Origin: Polyangiales bacterium
GTDB taxonomy: Bacteria; Myxococcota_A; Polyangia; Polyangiales; Houyiibacteriaceae
Assembly: GCA_045106895.1 (NCBI GenBank)
Contig: JBGCFM010000070.1
Span: 1-39,642 of the forward strand
DNA length: 39,642 nucleotides
Direction: 5' to 3'
The position numbers and the translations under genes were made by a program. This document shows, one piece after another, positions 1 through 8,670 of this stretch. Under the pieces are notes generated by a model. That model did no database searches and was not told the origin of the DNA. It saw only the letters and a program-made list of their open reading frames with translations. Position 1 is the stretch's first letter, and each line of letters starts with the position of its first letter.

Positions 1-118
1 CGGCATGTACTTCCTGAGCGGGAAGGTAAAGGCCGCCTTCGACGCGTACTGGGCGAAGCTCCAGGACGGTTCCATGAAACCGCACGTCAAGACTAAGGAC
101 GCCGCGCCCTCGAAGTAG
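1..118 (+). CDS. 3' end of a probable alanine/glycine:cation symporter (AGCS) family protein (partial)
   Basis: Frame 2 reads GMYFLSGKVKAAFDAYWAKLQDGSMKPHVKTKDAAPSK* (TAG 116-118), resembling the AGCS C-terminal G-x-Y-x-L-S-x-x-V-K...Y-W-x-K-L pattern; only 38 codons are visible. Confidence 0.5.
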   Translation, partial: GMYFLSGKVKAAFDAYWAKLQDGSMKPHVKTKDAAPSK

Positions 119-143
119 TCAACCAAGCTATCACCTGCCGCGC

Positions 144-149
144 TATACT
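144..149 (+). promoter_or_regulatory. -10 element TATACT, 6 nt before the kinase ATG (likely leaderless promoter)
   Basis: gcTATACTggcgccATG; no SD. Confidence 0.55.
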
Positions 150-155
150 GGCGCC

Positions 156-1709
156 ATGTCTTCGGACGACGCCAGCTCTTCAGGAACACGCGTGTGCCCG
201 CACTGTCGGGCATCACATCCTGTTCAGTGGGCGCATTGTCCGATTTCCGGCGAGAGCCTCCGCGCGGAGTCATCGATCGGTCGCACCTTAGCGGAACGTT
301 ACCGCATCATGGGAGTTCTGGGCGAAGGCGGAATGGGCACCGTGTTTCGTGCGGAGCACTTAGCTTCGGGACGAAGGGTCGCCCTAAAACAGCTCCGGCC
401 AGAGCAGAGTTTCGACTCAACGGCCGTGGAGCGTTTTCAGCGTGAGGCGCGCGCCGCCACCGCCACGGGTCATGAGAACGTCGTGAAGGTGCTCGATGTC
501 GGGTTCGACGAACTGGGAGCCCCCTTCATCGTGATGGAGCTTCTCGCTGGCATCACGCTCGCAGAGCGCCTCCTGGATCAGGGCCGAGTAGGCGTTGATG
601 AAACCGTTGAGATCGCGTGCCAGATCCTGGCTGGCCTCGACGCCGTCCATGCGCAGAAAATCGTTCACCGCGACCTCAAACCGGGGAACATTTTCCTCAC
701 CCCGCGCGGGCTAAAGATCCTCGACTTCGGCATCTCCAAATTTCATCCAGGCGAGGTCGTCGAGGAAGCGGCGATTACTCGAACAGGCGCAACCATGGGC
801 ACGCCTCACTATATGTCGCCAGAACAGGCGCGCGGTGCCCGGAACATTGACCACCGGGCTGACCTCTACGCCCTTGGCGTCATCCTGCACGAGGCTCTTT
901 CCGGCAAGCGCCCCTATGCAACGAGCAACTACCACGCACTTCTGCGTGAAATTATTAGCGGCGAACGGCCTCGCTTAGACCGAGTGCTCGGCGTGCCACA
1001 AACGGTGTCCGACGTGGTTCACCGAGCCATGCAGTCAGACCCCGGCGACCGCTTCCAGTCAGCTCAGGAAATGCGGGACGCCCTGCAAGGCTACCGTCCG
1101 GTCGCGAGCCCAAGCGCGTGGTCTGGCCTGCGACCTTCGACGCCTCCGCCCTCCTTTGCGCCTCGCGCGCGAGAGTCCTCGGGGGTGGCGGAGTCTTTTC
1201 CTGGGGCCCGCGAACCTCAAGAAAGCTACTCGTCGCCCTGGGTACCGGCCGAAAACGATGAGGCGGAAGCAAAGGTCAAAGGCCGGCTGGTGCTCTCGCT
1301 GGGGCGCCACTCCCCCGACATAAAGCGTGCTGTGGCGGTCGTGGGAGCCCAGCTTCCGCTTTCATGGATACCCCAAGACGCACTGGAGAGTGCGCTTGTG
1401 GTCGTGAACTTCGACTCCCTTCGCGAGGCAGGTTCCTCCGCCGCGGCCTTGCTCATGGCCAACCTCGCTTGGGCATCCGCCCCGGGCCATCGTGTACTCG
1501 GACGGCTTCCAGCGCTTCATCGCGCGTTCTTCAGCGGCAACGACATCCGCGTCGAAGACACTGACTTGTGCTTCAGCGGCGCTCTTTTGGGACCTCGCCT
1601 CAGCGAGGTCATGGCCGGGTTTTATGAGTACGCGCTCACCCGCGCGTCGGTGAGCGCAACGATCACCATTCGCGCCGACCGGCTCTCCGTCACCCTGCTG
1701 GACGAGTAG
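156..1709 (+). CDS. Hanks-type Ser/Thr protein kinase with an N-terminal Cys motif and a C-terminal putative ligand-binding domain
   Basis: LGEGGMGTV, VALK, HRDLKPGN, DFG, GTPHYMSPE and DLYALG motifs; N-terminal CPHC...HCPISG; Pro/Ser linker; no TM segment seen. Confidence 0.95.
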   Translation: MSSDDASSSGTRVCPHCRASHPVQWAHCPISGESLRAESSIGRTLAERYRIMGVLGEGGMGTVFRAEHLASGRRVALKQLRPEQSFDSTAVERFQREARAATATGHENVVKVLDVGFDELGAPFIVMELLAGITLAERLLDQGRVGVDETVEIACQILAGLDAVHAQKIVHRDLKPGNIFLTPRGLKILDFGISKFHPGEVVEEAAITRTGATMGTPHYMSPEQARGARNIDHRADLYALGVILHEALSGKRPYATSNYHALLREIISGERPRLDRVLGVPQTVSDVVHRAMQSDPGDRFQSAQEMRDALQGYRPVASPSAWSGLRPSTPPPSFAPRARESSGVAESFPGAREPQESYSSPWVPAENDEAEAKVKGRLVLSLGRHSPDIKRAVAVVGAQLPLSWIPQDALESALVVVNFDSLREAGSSAAALLMANLAWASAPGHRVLGRLPALHRAFFSGNDIRVEDTDLCFSGALLGPRLSEVMAGFYEYALTRASVSATITIRADRLSVTLLDE

Positions 1710-1710
1710 C

Positions 1711-3021
1711 CTATCCGGCCGTGAGCGCCTCGACTTCTGCGACGCTCTTCGGAACATCCGACGTGAGGTTCCGATGGCCGCTGCCCGTGACGAGGATGTC
1801 GTCTTCGATGCGAATGCCGATGCCCTTCCACTTGTCTTCGACGTCCGCCGACTGAGACACGTAGATTCCGGGTTCCACCGTGAGCACAAACCCCGCTTCC
1901 ATCGGACGAGGCGCCCCCTCGGCGAAGTACGAGCCGACGTCATGAACGTCCATTCCAATCCAATGGCTCGTGCGATGCATATAGAACGCTTTATAAGCCT
2001 CGTTCTTGATGGCGTCTTCGACGCTTCCTTCGATGAGCCCCACCTTGACGAGGCCTTCGGTGATTACGTTCACGGCGATGTCGTGGAGATCATCCAGCGT
2101 GACCCCCGGCTTCACGGCGTCGATGCATGCCTCCTGGGACTGCAGAACGATCTCGTAGAGACTGCGTTGTGGTGCCGTAAATCGCGTGCCGACGGGAAAG
2201 GTCCGGGTCACATCGCTTGCGTAATAACCAAGCTCACATCCCGCATCGATGAGTAGGAGGTCGCCGTCTTCGATCTGACGTCGGTTGCTGCGGTAATGAA
2301 GAATCGTCGCGTTCGGCCCTGAGCCGACGATGCTCTCGTAGGCGACCCGAGGAGCACCATTCTTGTGGAACGTTCGGAGGATTTCTGCCTCCACCTCGTA
2401 TTCGTGCATGCCCGGACGCGCGAACTCCATCGCCCGTCGATGGGCCGCACAAGTAATCGCCGCCGCCGCCGCCATCGCGGAGACTTCCTCGTCGGTCTTA
2501 CGAATACGCAGCTCATGAAGAGCCACGCCGAGGTCGACGATTTCCGTTGGCGTTGCGTCGCCGCTTCGGCGCGTCTTTGAGCGCGCGGCGTTCAGGCTTT
2601 TGAAGAGCGTTGCATCAAAAGGATGGCCGCGGCCGATTCTACAAAAGAGACGATTCGCGCCCACGAAGTAATTAGGTAGACGCGCATGGAGTTCTTGAAT
2701 CGGGAACGCCTCGTCGACGCCATAGTGTTCGACGGCGCCCTCCACGCCAGCGCGGGGCCCATCCCAAGTCTCGCGTTCGGGGTCTCGCTCGCGGACGAAA
2801 AGCGTGCTGCGGTCTTTGCCGTCTTTGCGCGAGAGCACGAGGACACTCTCCGGCTCGTCGAAGCCCGTCAGATACCAGAAGTCACTGTCCTGCCGGTAAT
2901 GATGCTCGACGTCGTTGTTGCGGATGAACACTGGGGCCGCTGGGAGCACGGCCACGCCTTCTCCAAGAGCAGCGAGGAGCGCCTCTCGGCGGCGGGCGAA
3001 TGGGGCTTTGTCGATGGACAC
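1711..3021 (-). CDS. pepP: Xaa-Pro aminopeptidase (aminopeptidase P, M24B)
   Basis: RNNDVEHHYRQDSDFWYLTGF N-domain; ILHY, IDAGCE..YASDVTRTFP, HRTSHWIGMDVHD, TVEPGIY, GIRIEDD. Confidence 0.95.
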   Translation of the reverse strand: MSIDKAPFARRREALLAALGEGVAVLPAAPVFIRNNDVEHHYRQDSDFWYLTGFDEPESVLVLSRKDGKDRSTLFVRERDPERETWDGPRAGVEGAVEHYGVDEAFPIQELHARLPNYFVGANRLFCRIGRGHPFDATLFKSLNAARSKTRRSGDATPTEIVDLGVALHELRIRKTDEEVSAMAAAAAITCAAHRRAMEFARPGMHEYEVEAEILRTFHKNGAPRVAYESIVGSGPNATILHYRSNRRQIEDGDLLLIDAGCELGYYASDVTRTFPVGTRFTAPQRSLYEIVLQSQEACIDAVKPGVTLDDLHDIAVNVITEGLVKVGLIEGSVEDAIKNEAYKAFYMHRTSHWIGMDVHDVGSYFAEGAPRPMEAGFVLTVEPGIYVSQSADVEDKWKGIGIRIEDDILVTGSGHRNLTSDVPKSVAEVEALTAG

Positions 3022-3027
3022 CCGCGC

Positions 3028-3083
3028 ATCCTAGCAGGTCCCCGAAAAAGTAGAATCGCTCATGCGCCCGCAAGTGCTATCGT
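3028..3083. promoter_or_regulatory. Divergent extended -10 elements: TGcTAGGAT (minus, pepP) and TGcTATCGT (plus, acyltransferase)
   Basis: Hexamers at 3028-3033 (minus, 6 nt before GTG 3021) and 3078-3083 (plus, 8 nt before ATG 3092), each preceded by TGn. Confidence 0.5.
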
Positions 3084-3091
3084 CGTCCATT

Positions 3092-3550
3092 ATGGCGGCG
3101 AAGATTCACCCCTTGGCCGACTGCCAAGCGTCCCCCGGCGAAGGCACCCGTATTTGGCAGTTTGTCGTCGTGCTTGAGGGGGCGAAAATTGGCGCAAACT
3201 GCAACATTTGCTCCCACTGCCTCATCGAGAGTGAGGCCATTATCGGCGATGGGGTCACGATCAAGAGCGGGGTTCAGATCTGGAACGGGCTACGCATCGA
3301 GGATGATGTGTTCATTGGGCCCAACGTGACGTTCACGAACGACCGTCACCCGCGATCGGGGAACAAGGACTTCGTCTGCGAGACCACCCTTGTCGAGAAA
3401 GGTGCCTCCATTGGAGGAGGCGCCGTTCTGCTACCTGGGGTACGCATTGGCGCTGGAGCTATGGTTGGGGCCGGCGCCGTCGTCACGCGCGATGTCCCAG
3501 CAGGCGCAACCGTCATCGGAAACCCAGCACGTATTCGTGCCAAAGGATGA
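3092..3550 (+). CDS. dTDP-3-amino-3,6-dideoxyhexose N-acyltransferase, left-handed beta-helix (FdtC/QdtC/WxcM-like)
   Basis: IHPLAD start, [27 protein letters not shown], hexapeptide repeats, GNPAR end; start set at ATG 3092. Confidence 0.88.
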   Translation: MAAKIHPLADCQASPGEGTRIWQFVVVLEGAKIGANCNICSHCLIESEAIIGDGVTIKSGVQIWNGLRIEDDVFIGPNVTFTNDRHPRSGNKDFVCETTLVEKGASIGGGAVLLPGVRIGAGAMVGAGAVVTRDVPAGATVIGNPARIRAKG

Positions 3551-4020
3551 GCATGGATTCTTCCCCCCCTGACACCATTCCGACGAGCGCGGATGACCAA
3601 GGCAGCATCGAGCATTGTCGCCTCGTCGAGTTGCCGCGCATCCATGACCCACGTGGAAACCTGACTTTCGTCGAGGGTGGCAATCACATCCCCTTCGACA
3701 TCAAGCGTGTTTACTACCTCTACGATGTGCCTGGAGGCGCAGAGCGTGGAGGTCATGCCCACCGCGCTCTTCGGCAGCTCATCATCTCGATGTCAGGAAG
3801 CTTCGACATCGTGCTCGACGATGGAAAGGGCACCAAACGCTTCCACCTCAACCGGTCCTACTTTGGACTCTACGTGTGCCCGATGATCTGGCGGACCATC
3901 GACAACTTCTCGTCGGGTTCCGTTTGTATGGTTCTCGCTTCGAACACCTACGACGAAGCCGACTACTATCGCGACTACGAAGAGTTCGACCGCGACAACA
4001 AGAAACGCGACGGACGATGA
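3547..4020 (+). CDS. dTDP-4-keto-6-deoxyglucose 3,4-ketoisomerase, cupin (FdtA/QdtA family)
   Basis: [55 protein letters not shown] overlap with the upstream gene. Confidence 0.93.
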   Translation: MSMDSSPPDTIPTSADDQGSIEHCRLVELPRIHDPRGNLTFVEGGNHIPFDIKRVYYLYDVPGGAERGGHAHRALRQLIISMSGSFDIVLDDGKGTKRFHLNRSYFGLYVCPMIWRTIDNFSSGSVCMVLASNTYDEADYYRDYEEFDRDNKKRDGR

Positions 4021-5099
4021 TCCCATTTCTCGAGCTCAAGCCGCAGGTCGCAGAACTCCGCGAGGAGCTCGACGCGGCCATGGCGCGCGTCGTCGATTCG
4101 GGATGGTTCATTCTAGGACCCGAAGTCGAAGCTTTCGAGGAGGAGTTCGCCCGCTACTGTGGCGCCGAGCACTGCGTAACCTTGGGTTCGGGTCTGGACG
4201 CTTTGGTCTTTTCACTTCGCGCGCTCGGGGTCGGGGCTGGTGATGAAGTCATCGTTCCCGCGCACACATTCGTCGCGACTTGGCTGGCCGTGAGCCAGTG
4301 CGGGGCAACGCCCGTCGGCGTCGACATCGACTCCTCCACCGCAAACCTAGACCTTGCGAAGGCGGCCGAGGCAATCACCCCCAAAACCAAAGCCCTGATC
4401 CCCGTACACCTCTACGGTCAGCCTGCCGACATCCCTGGGTTTGTGGCACTGGGCGAAAAGCACGGCGTTCCAGTTCTCTTCGACGCTGCCCAAGCACATG
4501 GAGCACGCCATCAAGGGCGACGCGTCGGGGGCGAGGGCGCGGCCAGCGCTTGGAGCTTCTACCCCGGCAAGAACCTGGGCGCCTTCGGCGATGGCGGCGC
4601 CGTCACAACGAACGACGCAGAGCTAGCCGCGACACTTCGTACGCTCCGCAACTATGGTTCGAAGAAAAAGTACGTTCACGAGGTCCAGGGCGGCAACTCC
4701 CGCCTCGACCCAATTCAGGCGGCCGTTCTTCGCGTCAAGCTCACGCACCTCGACGCCTGGAACGATCGACGACGGAGTCTCGCTGCGGCCTACGGGGACG
4801 TACTCGGCGATGTTGAAGGCATTGAGCTCCTCAGCCAAGACCCGCGCTTCGACAGCTCCTGGCACCTCTACGTCGTCAAGTGCGCCGATCGCGCTGTGAC
4901 CATGAAGCGGCTTGAAGAACGAAACATCGGACATCTCATTCACTACCCCATTGCGTGCCATCAACAGGGAGCCTACGCGGGCTCAAACCACCTTCGATTC
5001 GAGCACGCAGAGCGCGCCGCGGCGCAAGTCCTCAGCCTTCCGATGAGCCCGCACCATGACGTGAATGTAGCGTCGCTGGTCGCGGACGCTCTTCGTTGA
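4017..5099 (+). CDS. DegT/DnrJ/EryC1/StrS PLP sugar aminotransferase (FdtB/QdtB-like)
   Basis: MIPFLELK start (ATGA overlap at 4017-4020), PVHLYGQ, DAAQAHG, SFYPGKNLGAFGDGG, NSRLDPIQAA, LSLPM. Confidence 0.95.
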   Translation: MIPFLELKPQVAELREELDAAMARVVDSGWFILGPEVEAFEEEFARYCGAEHCVTLGSGLDALVFSLRALGVGAGDEVIVPAHTFVATWLAVSQCGATPVGVDIDSSTANLDLAKAAEAITPKTKALIPVHLYGQPADIPGFVALGEKHGVPVLFDAAQAHGARHQGRRVGGEGAASAWSFYPGKNLGAFGDGGAVTTNDAELAATLRTLRNYGSKKKYVHEVQGGNSRLDPIQAAVLRVKLTHLDAWNDRRRSLAAAYGDVLGDVEGIELLSQDPRFDSSWHLYVVKCADRAVTMKRLEERNIGHLIHYPIACHQQGAYAGSNHLRFEHAERAAAQVLSLPMSPHHDVNVASLVADALR

Positions 5100-5111
5100 T
5101 CGCTCTCAGGG

Positions 5112-5843
5112 CTACTTGCGAATCCGCAGGCCCAAGTACACCAGGGGTCGAAGAATCACCCACCAGTCCAGCACCGGCCGGATGTGGGAGTACTTCACCG
5201 CAGCCTTGTTCGGGTCCCGCGGCGGATACGTCTTCGTCACGCCGACTTCGGTGGCGACTAGACCAGGCTCTTTGAGAATCTTGTAGTGCGCGTAGGTCTC
5301 GAGCTCGTAGCGATCCAGCCACTCTTGCCAGATGTCGATGCCCTCGGGGCCGTTGAAGATGCTCAGCCGAAACGCACGAAACCCGTTGAGCGCGTCGGTG
5401 CCGTTGAAGCCGGTGAGGACCCGGAACATCTGGGCATGAACTTTGACCATCACGTACCGAAAAGTCGGAAGATTGTCGTGACCGCCACCATTCTGAAAGC
5501 GCGAGCCTTGCACGTAGTCCGCGCGCCCAGCTACGACGGGCGCCAAGACGTCAGGGATCTGAGCCGGGTCGTCCTTGTCGTTCCCCGCTAGAATAGCGCC
5601 TACTTCATAGCCGCGGTCGATGCCGTAGCGAAGGCCGGTCTTGATCGCTGCGCCAACACCTCGATTGTCATCGTGGTGAACGACGGCAAAGCCCGACGCG
5701 TCGAGGATCTCGCGCGTCCCGTCCGTCGAACCGTCGTTGACGAACACGACGTCGTAATCCCGCTCCGAAGGGAACTTGGCCAACATGGCCCTCGTCTGAG
5801 GAGCCGTATTGAAACACACAACAATGGCGATGCTTTTCGTCAT
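5112..5843 (-). CDS. GT2 glycosyltransferase, DPM1/ArnC/GtrB-like (polyprenol-phosphate type)
   Basis: VNDGSTDGT, NRGVGAAIKTG, GNDKDDP at the DxD position, GSRF, TDALNGFRAFR; GGAGG SD upstream. Confidence 0.88.
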   Translation of the reverse strand: MTKSIAIVVCFNTAPQTRAMLAKFPSERDYDVVFVNDGSTDGTREILDASGFAVVHHDDNRGVGAAIKTGLRYGIDRGYEVGAILAGNDKDDPAQIPDVLAPVVAGRADYVQGSRFQNGGGHDNLPTFRYVMVKVHAQMFRVLTGFNGTDALNGFRAFRLSIFNGPEGIDIWQEWLDRYELETYAHYKILKEPGLVATEVGVTKTYPPRDPNKAAVKYSHIRPVLDWWVILRPLVYLGLRIRK

Positions 5844-5861
5844 CGGACACGCCTCCCTACC

Positions 5862-8633
5862 ATGGCCGAGCGCTTTGGGCTAACACGCGTCGTGATGGGC
5901 CGCGGACCAGAAAAACGAAGTCGATACAGCGACTTGCTTGTTCTGGTGGCCTTCGCACTGGGACTCCTGCTCTACGTCATCGGTCAATTCGAGGACTACA
6001 CGTGGATCGTCCGGGACGGTCGATTCTACGTAAACAGCAACATCACCCTGCTCGAGAACCTGTCCTACGAGGATATTTTTGCTCGCTCTTGGTACGAGGA
6101 GCGCCTTGGGTGGAACTACAACCTGCCCGCGGGCTTCTCCAATGTTGCCCTCGGGTCGAGAGGTGAGCTTTACCACTTCAGGCCGTGGCTCCTCCCCCTG
6201 CTCTCGTCGCCGCTCTTCTTTGCCTTTGGGCTCTATGGGGTGCTCGCCTTTAATCTGCTGACATACGCGGCGATCATGGGCTTTGGGTTCCTCTACGCCG
6301 CGCGCTTTGCCGGGCGTCGCTCAGCCGCAGTGGCCACGGCGCTTTGGGTGCTCGGAACGGGCATGGTCGAGACGGTCTACGACTACAGTGTGGACGCACT
6401 CCTCGTCGCGTTCTTTTTGGCTGCACTTGAACTTCTTCGCCGGAAGCGTGGCGCCCTCGCCGGCGCTTGTATTGCGGCCACCCTCGTCATCAAACCCACA
6501 TCGCTCCTCTACGCGCCGGCGGCGGCAGCCCTGCTCTTCGAGCTCCCCAAGGGCCAGCGAAAGGCTGTGCTTCTACGCGCGATTGGCGGCGGAGCCATCG
6601 CCCTCATGATCGCCGGTGCCATCAACACGTATATGTACGGCGCCCCGTGGGTTTTTGGATACAACCGGGTTGTTGAGGTCGCGGGCGGCGAGATTCAACT
6701 GGCGTCCACCGGGGCTCGTTTTAACACCCCGCTCAGCGACGGACTCATCCGTACCTTCGGAGGCGGCTATGGGCTGCTCTCCTTCTACGGTGTTTACGCC
6801 GCGTTCATCTTTGGCATCTGGCCGATGCTGCGGCGCCACTTCCGGTTCGCCCTCGTCGCCCTTGGAAGCGCCGCCGGAGTGTTGGTGGTGTTCTCGCTCT
6901 ACGACTGGGAGTCGGATCGGTTTCAATACGCGTCCTTCGCGCTGCTCTTGCCCTTCCTAGCCTGGGGCCTACGCGTCGTCGCCCAGTTCATCGTGGCACT
7001 CTCCACACGCTTGTTGCGCCGCCGAATCGAGACCGTCGCGGCGCTCGCGGCAATCGCGGCATTCTCCATGTCTCTCTCCTTCGCGGGTCGTGACGGACGC
7101 GCGCACCCATGGCGTGAACAAGTCCCGATTCATGAGCTGCGCCAACTCGTGATTCCGGCTCACGAGAGTGAGGCGGTGGGTCTCGTCGCTGAGTCCGGCT
7201 CCCTCGCCCTCGGAACGGACGGCTCGGCTTCCGCGGGCACTCGCCAGTCCTCTCTGACCATGGGCCGAAGTGGCATATCACTGCCACGCGGGAACCTCGT
7301 CGTCGTGGGCGTATCCGCCCTCGCCTCCCACATCCATCTCTTGATGCTCTTGAACGCGTTGCTTGCGGCCTTTGGCTTCGCCTTCTTAGCGAGCGCGACC
7401 CGAGGCTTGGCCTCGCCAAGCGCGAGGCTCGCGTTCCTTGCCGTTGCCCTGACTTTGCACCCCGTCCGGGAGATGGTGGCCTTCGGCGGAGACAGCCTCT
7501 TTGCTTTTGTCCCCCTTGCGGCGGGCCTGTGGGCGCTACGAACTCGTCGTAGCTCCCTCGCCTTTGGCCTCGGCATCCTCGCCGCTTTCTTCCTCGCAGC
7601 CCCCATCGTCGCCCTCGCCTTTGCACTCCCCTTGGCGCTCGACATTCGCGACAAGCCCGAGACCGCACGCAAGAAGCTCTTTGCCGCCGCTCTCAGCGTT
7701 GGCGTATGGGCTACCTACGGTCTCATCGTTTATGGCCGCCCCTTCGAAGGGCCAGAGTCCTTTGTACTCATCGGAGGCGAGCGCTTCGCCATCACCCCCG
7801 ACGCCAGCGCGCTTTCTGCGCTACTAAGTCAGCCTCACCCGGCCCGCGCTGCCTTCGCCTTCGCCCTCGCCGGCGCGTGCGGAAGCCTTCTTCTTTGCTT
7901 TGGCCACCATCGACGCGTCGGACTCTGCGCGACGCTCATCGCGCTTGGGTTCCTCTTCCCGAGCGGTCACCCCCACGGAGGTCTGGAGAGCTCCTTCGTT
8001 GCGGTCTTGGCGCCCTTTGCTCTGTACGCCGCCGGCCGCTTATTGCCCGCTCTCGCGACGCTCTGGACGCCGAAAAAGCGCCGGCAGCGAGCGCTCGCCC
8101 TCATCACCACAGCCATGCTTCTATGGGGCGCCGGCTGGCGAGTCGCGGAGGCCAACGGACCTCTGAACCTCGCCTCAAGCGCAGGCGTTCGAAACGCATC
8201 CGTCCGCCTCGCAGAACTCCCGTGCGACTTCCTCGCTTGGGAGAATATGAGCTGGGAGTGCGCCATGCACGACGGCGGTACGGATGGACGCACCGGACTC
8301 CAGCTTCCGGACGGCTCTCGGGTGAACGGCGAGCGACGGTCGCTCTTTGTTGTACCAACGGGGCGTGGCGGACGCCGTGCTCGCGTGGTCGATTTTGCGG
8401 CGCCCGCTGGCAGAGCCTCCTTGCGGTGGGTGATCCCCGATGGCTACCGCGGTGGGGCCACCGTGACCATCTCGTGGGGGGACACCCTTCTGCGCGAAGA
8501 CGACATTCACCCCGGCGACGAGGAGCGGCGCGAAGACTTCGTGCTCAGCGGCGAGGGACCACTACGTATTCGCGTCCAAGCGTCCACCCGGGGTGAATGG
8601 AGCGCCGTCGGCTTCAGCGGTCAGCTCGAGTAA
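5862..8633 (+). CDS. Large polytopic membrane protein with two tandem GT-C-like glycosyltransferase modules and a C-terminal soluble domain
   Basis: Many hydrophobic segments; loop after TM1 carries IVRDGRFY; VIKPT and ESDRFQY motifs typical of GT-C/PMT-like folds; internal duplication. Start could be 5862, 5892 or 5895; the ORF-track start 5673 overlaps the GT2 gene. Confidence 0.7.
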   Translation: MAERFGLTRVVMGRGPEKRSRYSDLLVLVAFALGLLLYVIGQFEDYTWIVRDGRFYVNSNITLLENLSYEDIFARSWYEERLGWNYNLPAGFSNVALGSRGELYHFRPWLLPLLSSPLFFAFGLYGVLAFNLLTYAAIMGFGFLYAARFAGRRSAAVATALWVLGTGMVETVYDYSVDALLVAFFLAALELLRRKRGALAGACIAATLVIKPTSLLYAPAAAALLFELPKGQRKAVLLRAIGGGAIALMIAGAINTYMYGAPWVFGYNRVVEVAGGEIQLASTGARFNTPLSDGLIRTFGGGYGLLSFYGVYAAFIFGIWPMLRRHFRFALVALGSAAGVLVVFSLYDWESDRFQYASFALLLPFLAWGLRVVAQFIVALSTRLLRRRIETVAALAAIAAFSMSLSFAGRDGRAHPWREQVPIHELRQLVIPAHESEAVGLVAESGSLALGTDGSASAGTRQSSLTMGRSGISLPRGNLVVVGVSALASHIHLLMLLNALLAAFGFAFLASATRGLASPSARLAFLAVALTLHPVREMVAFGGDSLFAFVPLAAGLWALRTRRSSLAFGLGILAAFFLAAPIVALAFALPLALDIRDKPETARKKLFAAALSVGVWATYGLIVYGRPFEGPESFVLIGGERFAITPDASALSALLSQPHPARAAFAFALAGACGSLLLCFGHHRRVGLCATLIALGFLFPSGHPHGGLESSFVAVLAPFALYAAGRLLPALATLWTPKKRRQRALALITTAMLLWGAGWRVAEANGPLNLASSAGVRNASVRLAELPCDFLAWENMSWECAMHDGGTDGRTGLQLPDGSRVNGERRSLFVVPTGRGGRRARVVDFAAPAGRASLRWVIPDGYRGGATVTISWGDTLLREDDIHPGDEERREDFVLSGEGPLRIRVQASTRGEWSAVGFSGQLE

Positions 8634-8668
8634 GCGGGCTCAGCGCCTCTTCGAAGGCGCAAAGCCGC
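8634..8668. terminator. Hairpin between convergent genes (possible terminator)
   Basis: GCGCCT-cttcga-AGGCGC (8643-8660) with imperfect outer arms; no U-tract. Confidence 0.35.
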
Positions 8669-8670
8669 GT

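Noticed and set aside
3092..5843. Complete O-antigen cluster or horizontally acquired island
   Set aside because: No wzx/wzy/wzm/wzt or rml genes, no obvious compositional shift by eye, and no flanking repeats, tRNA or mobility genes
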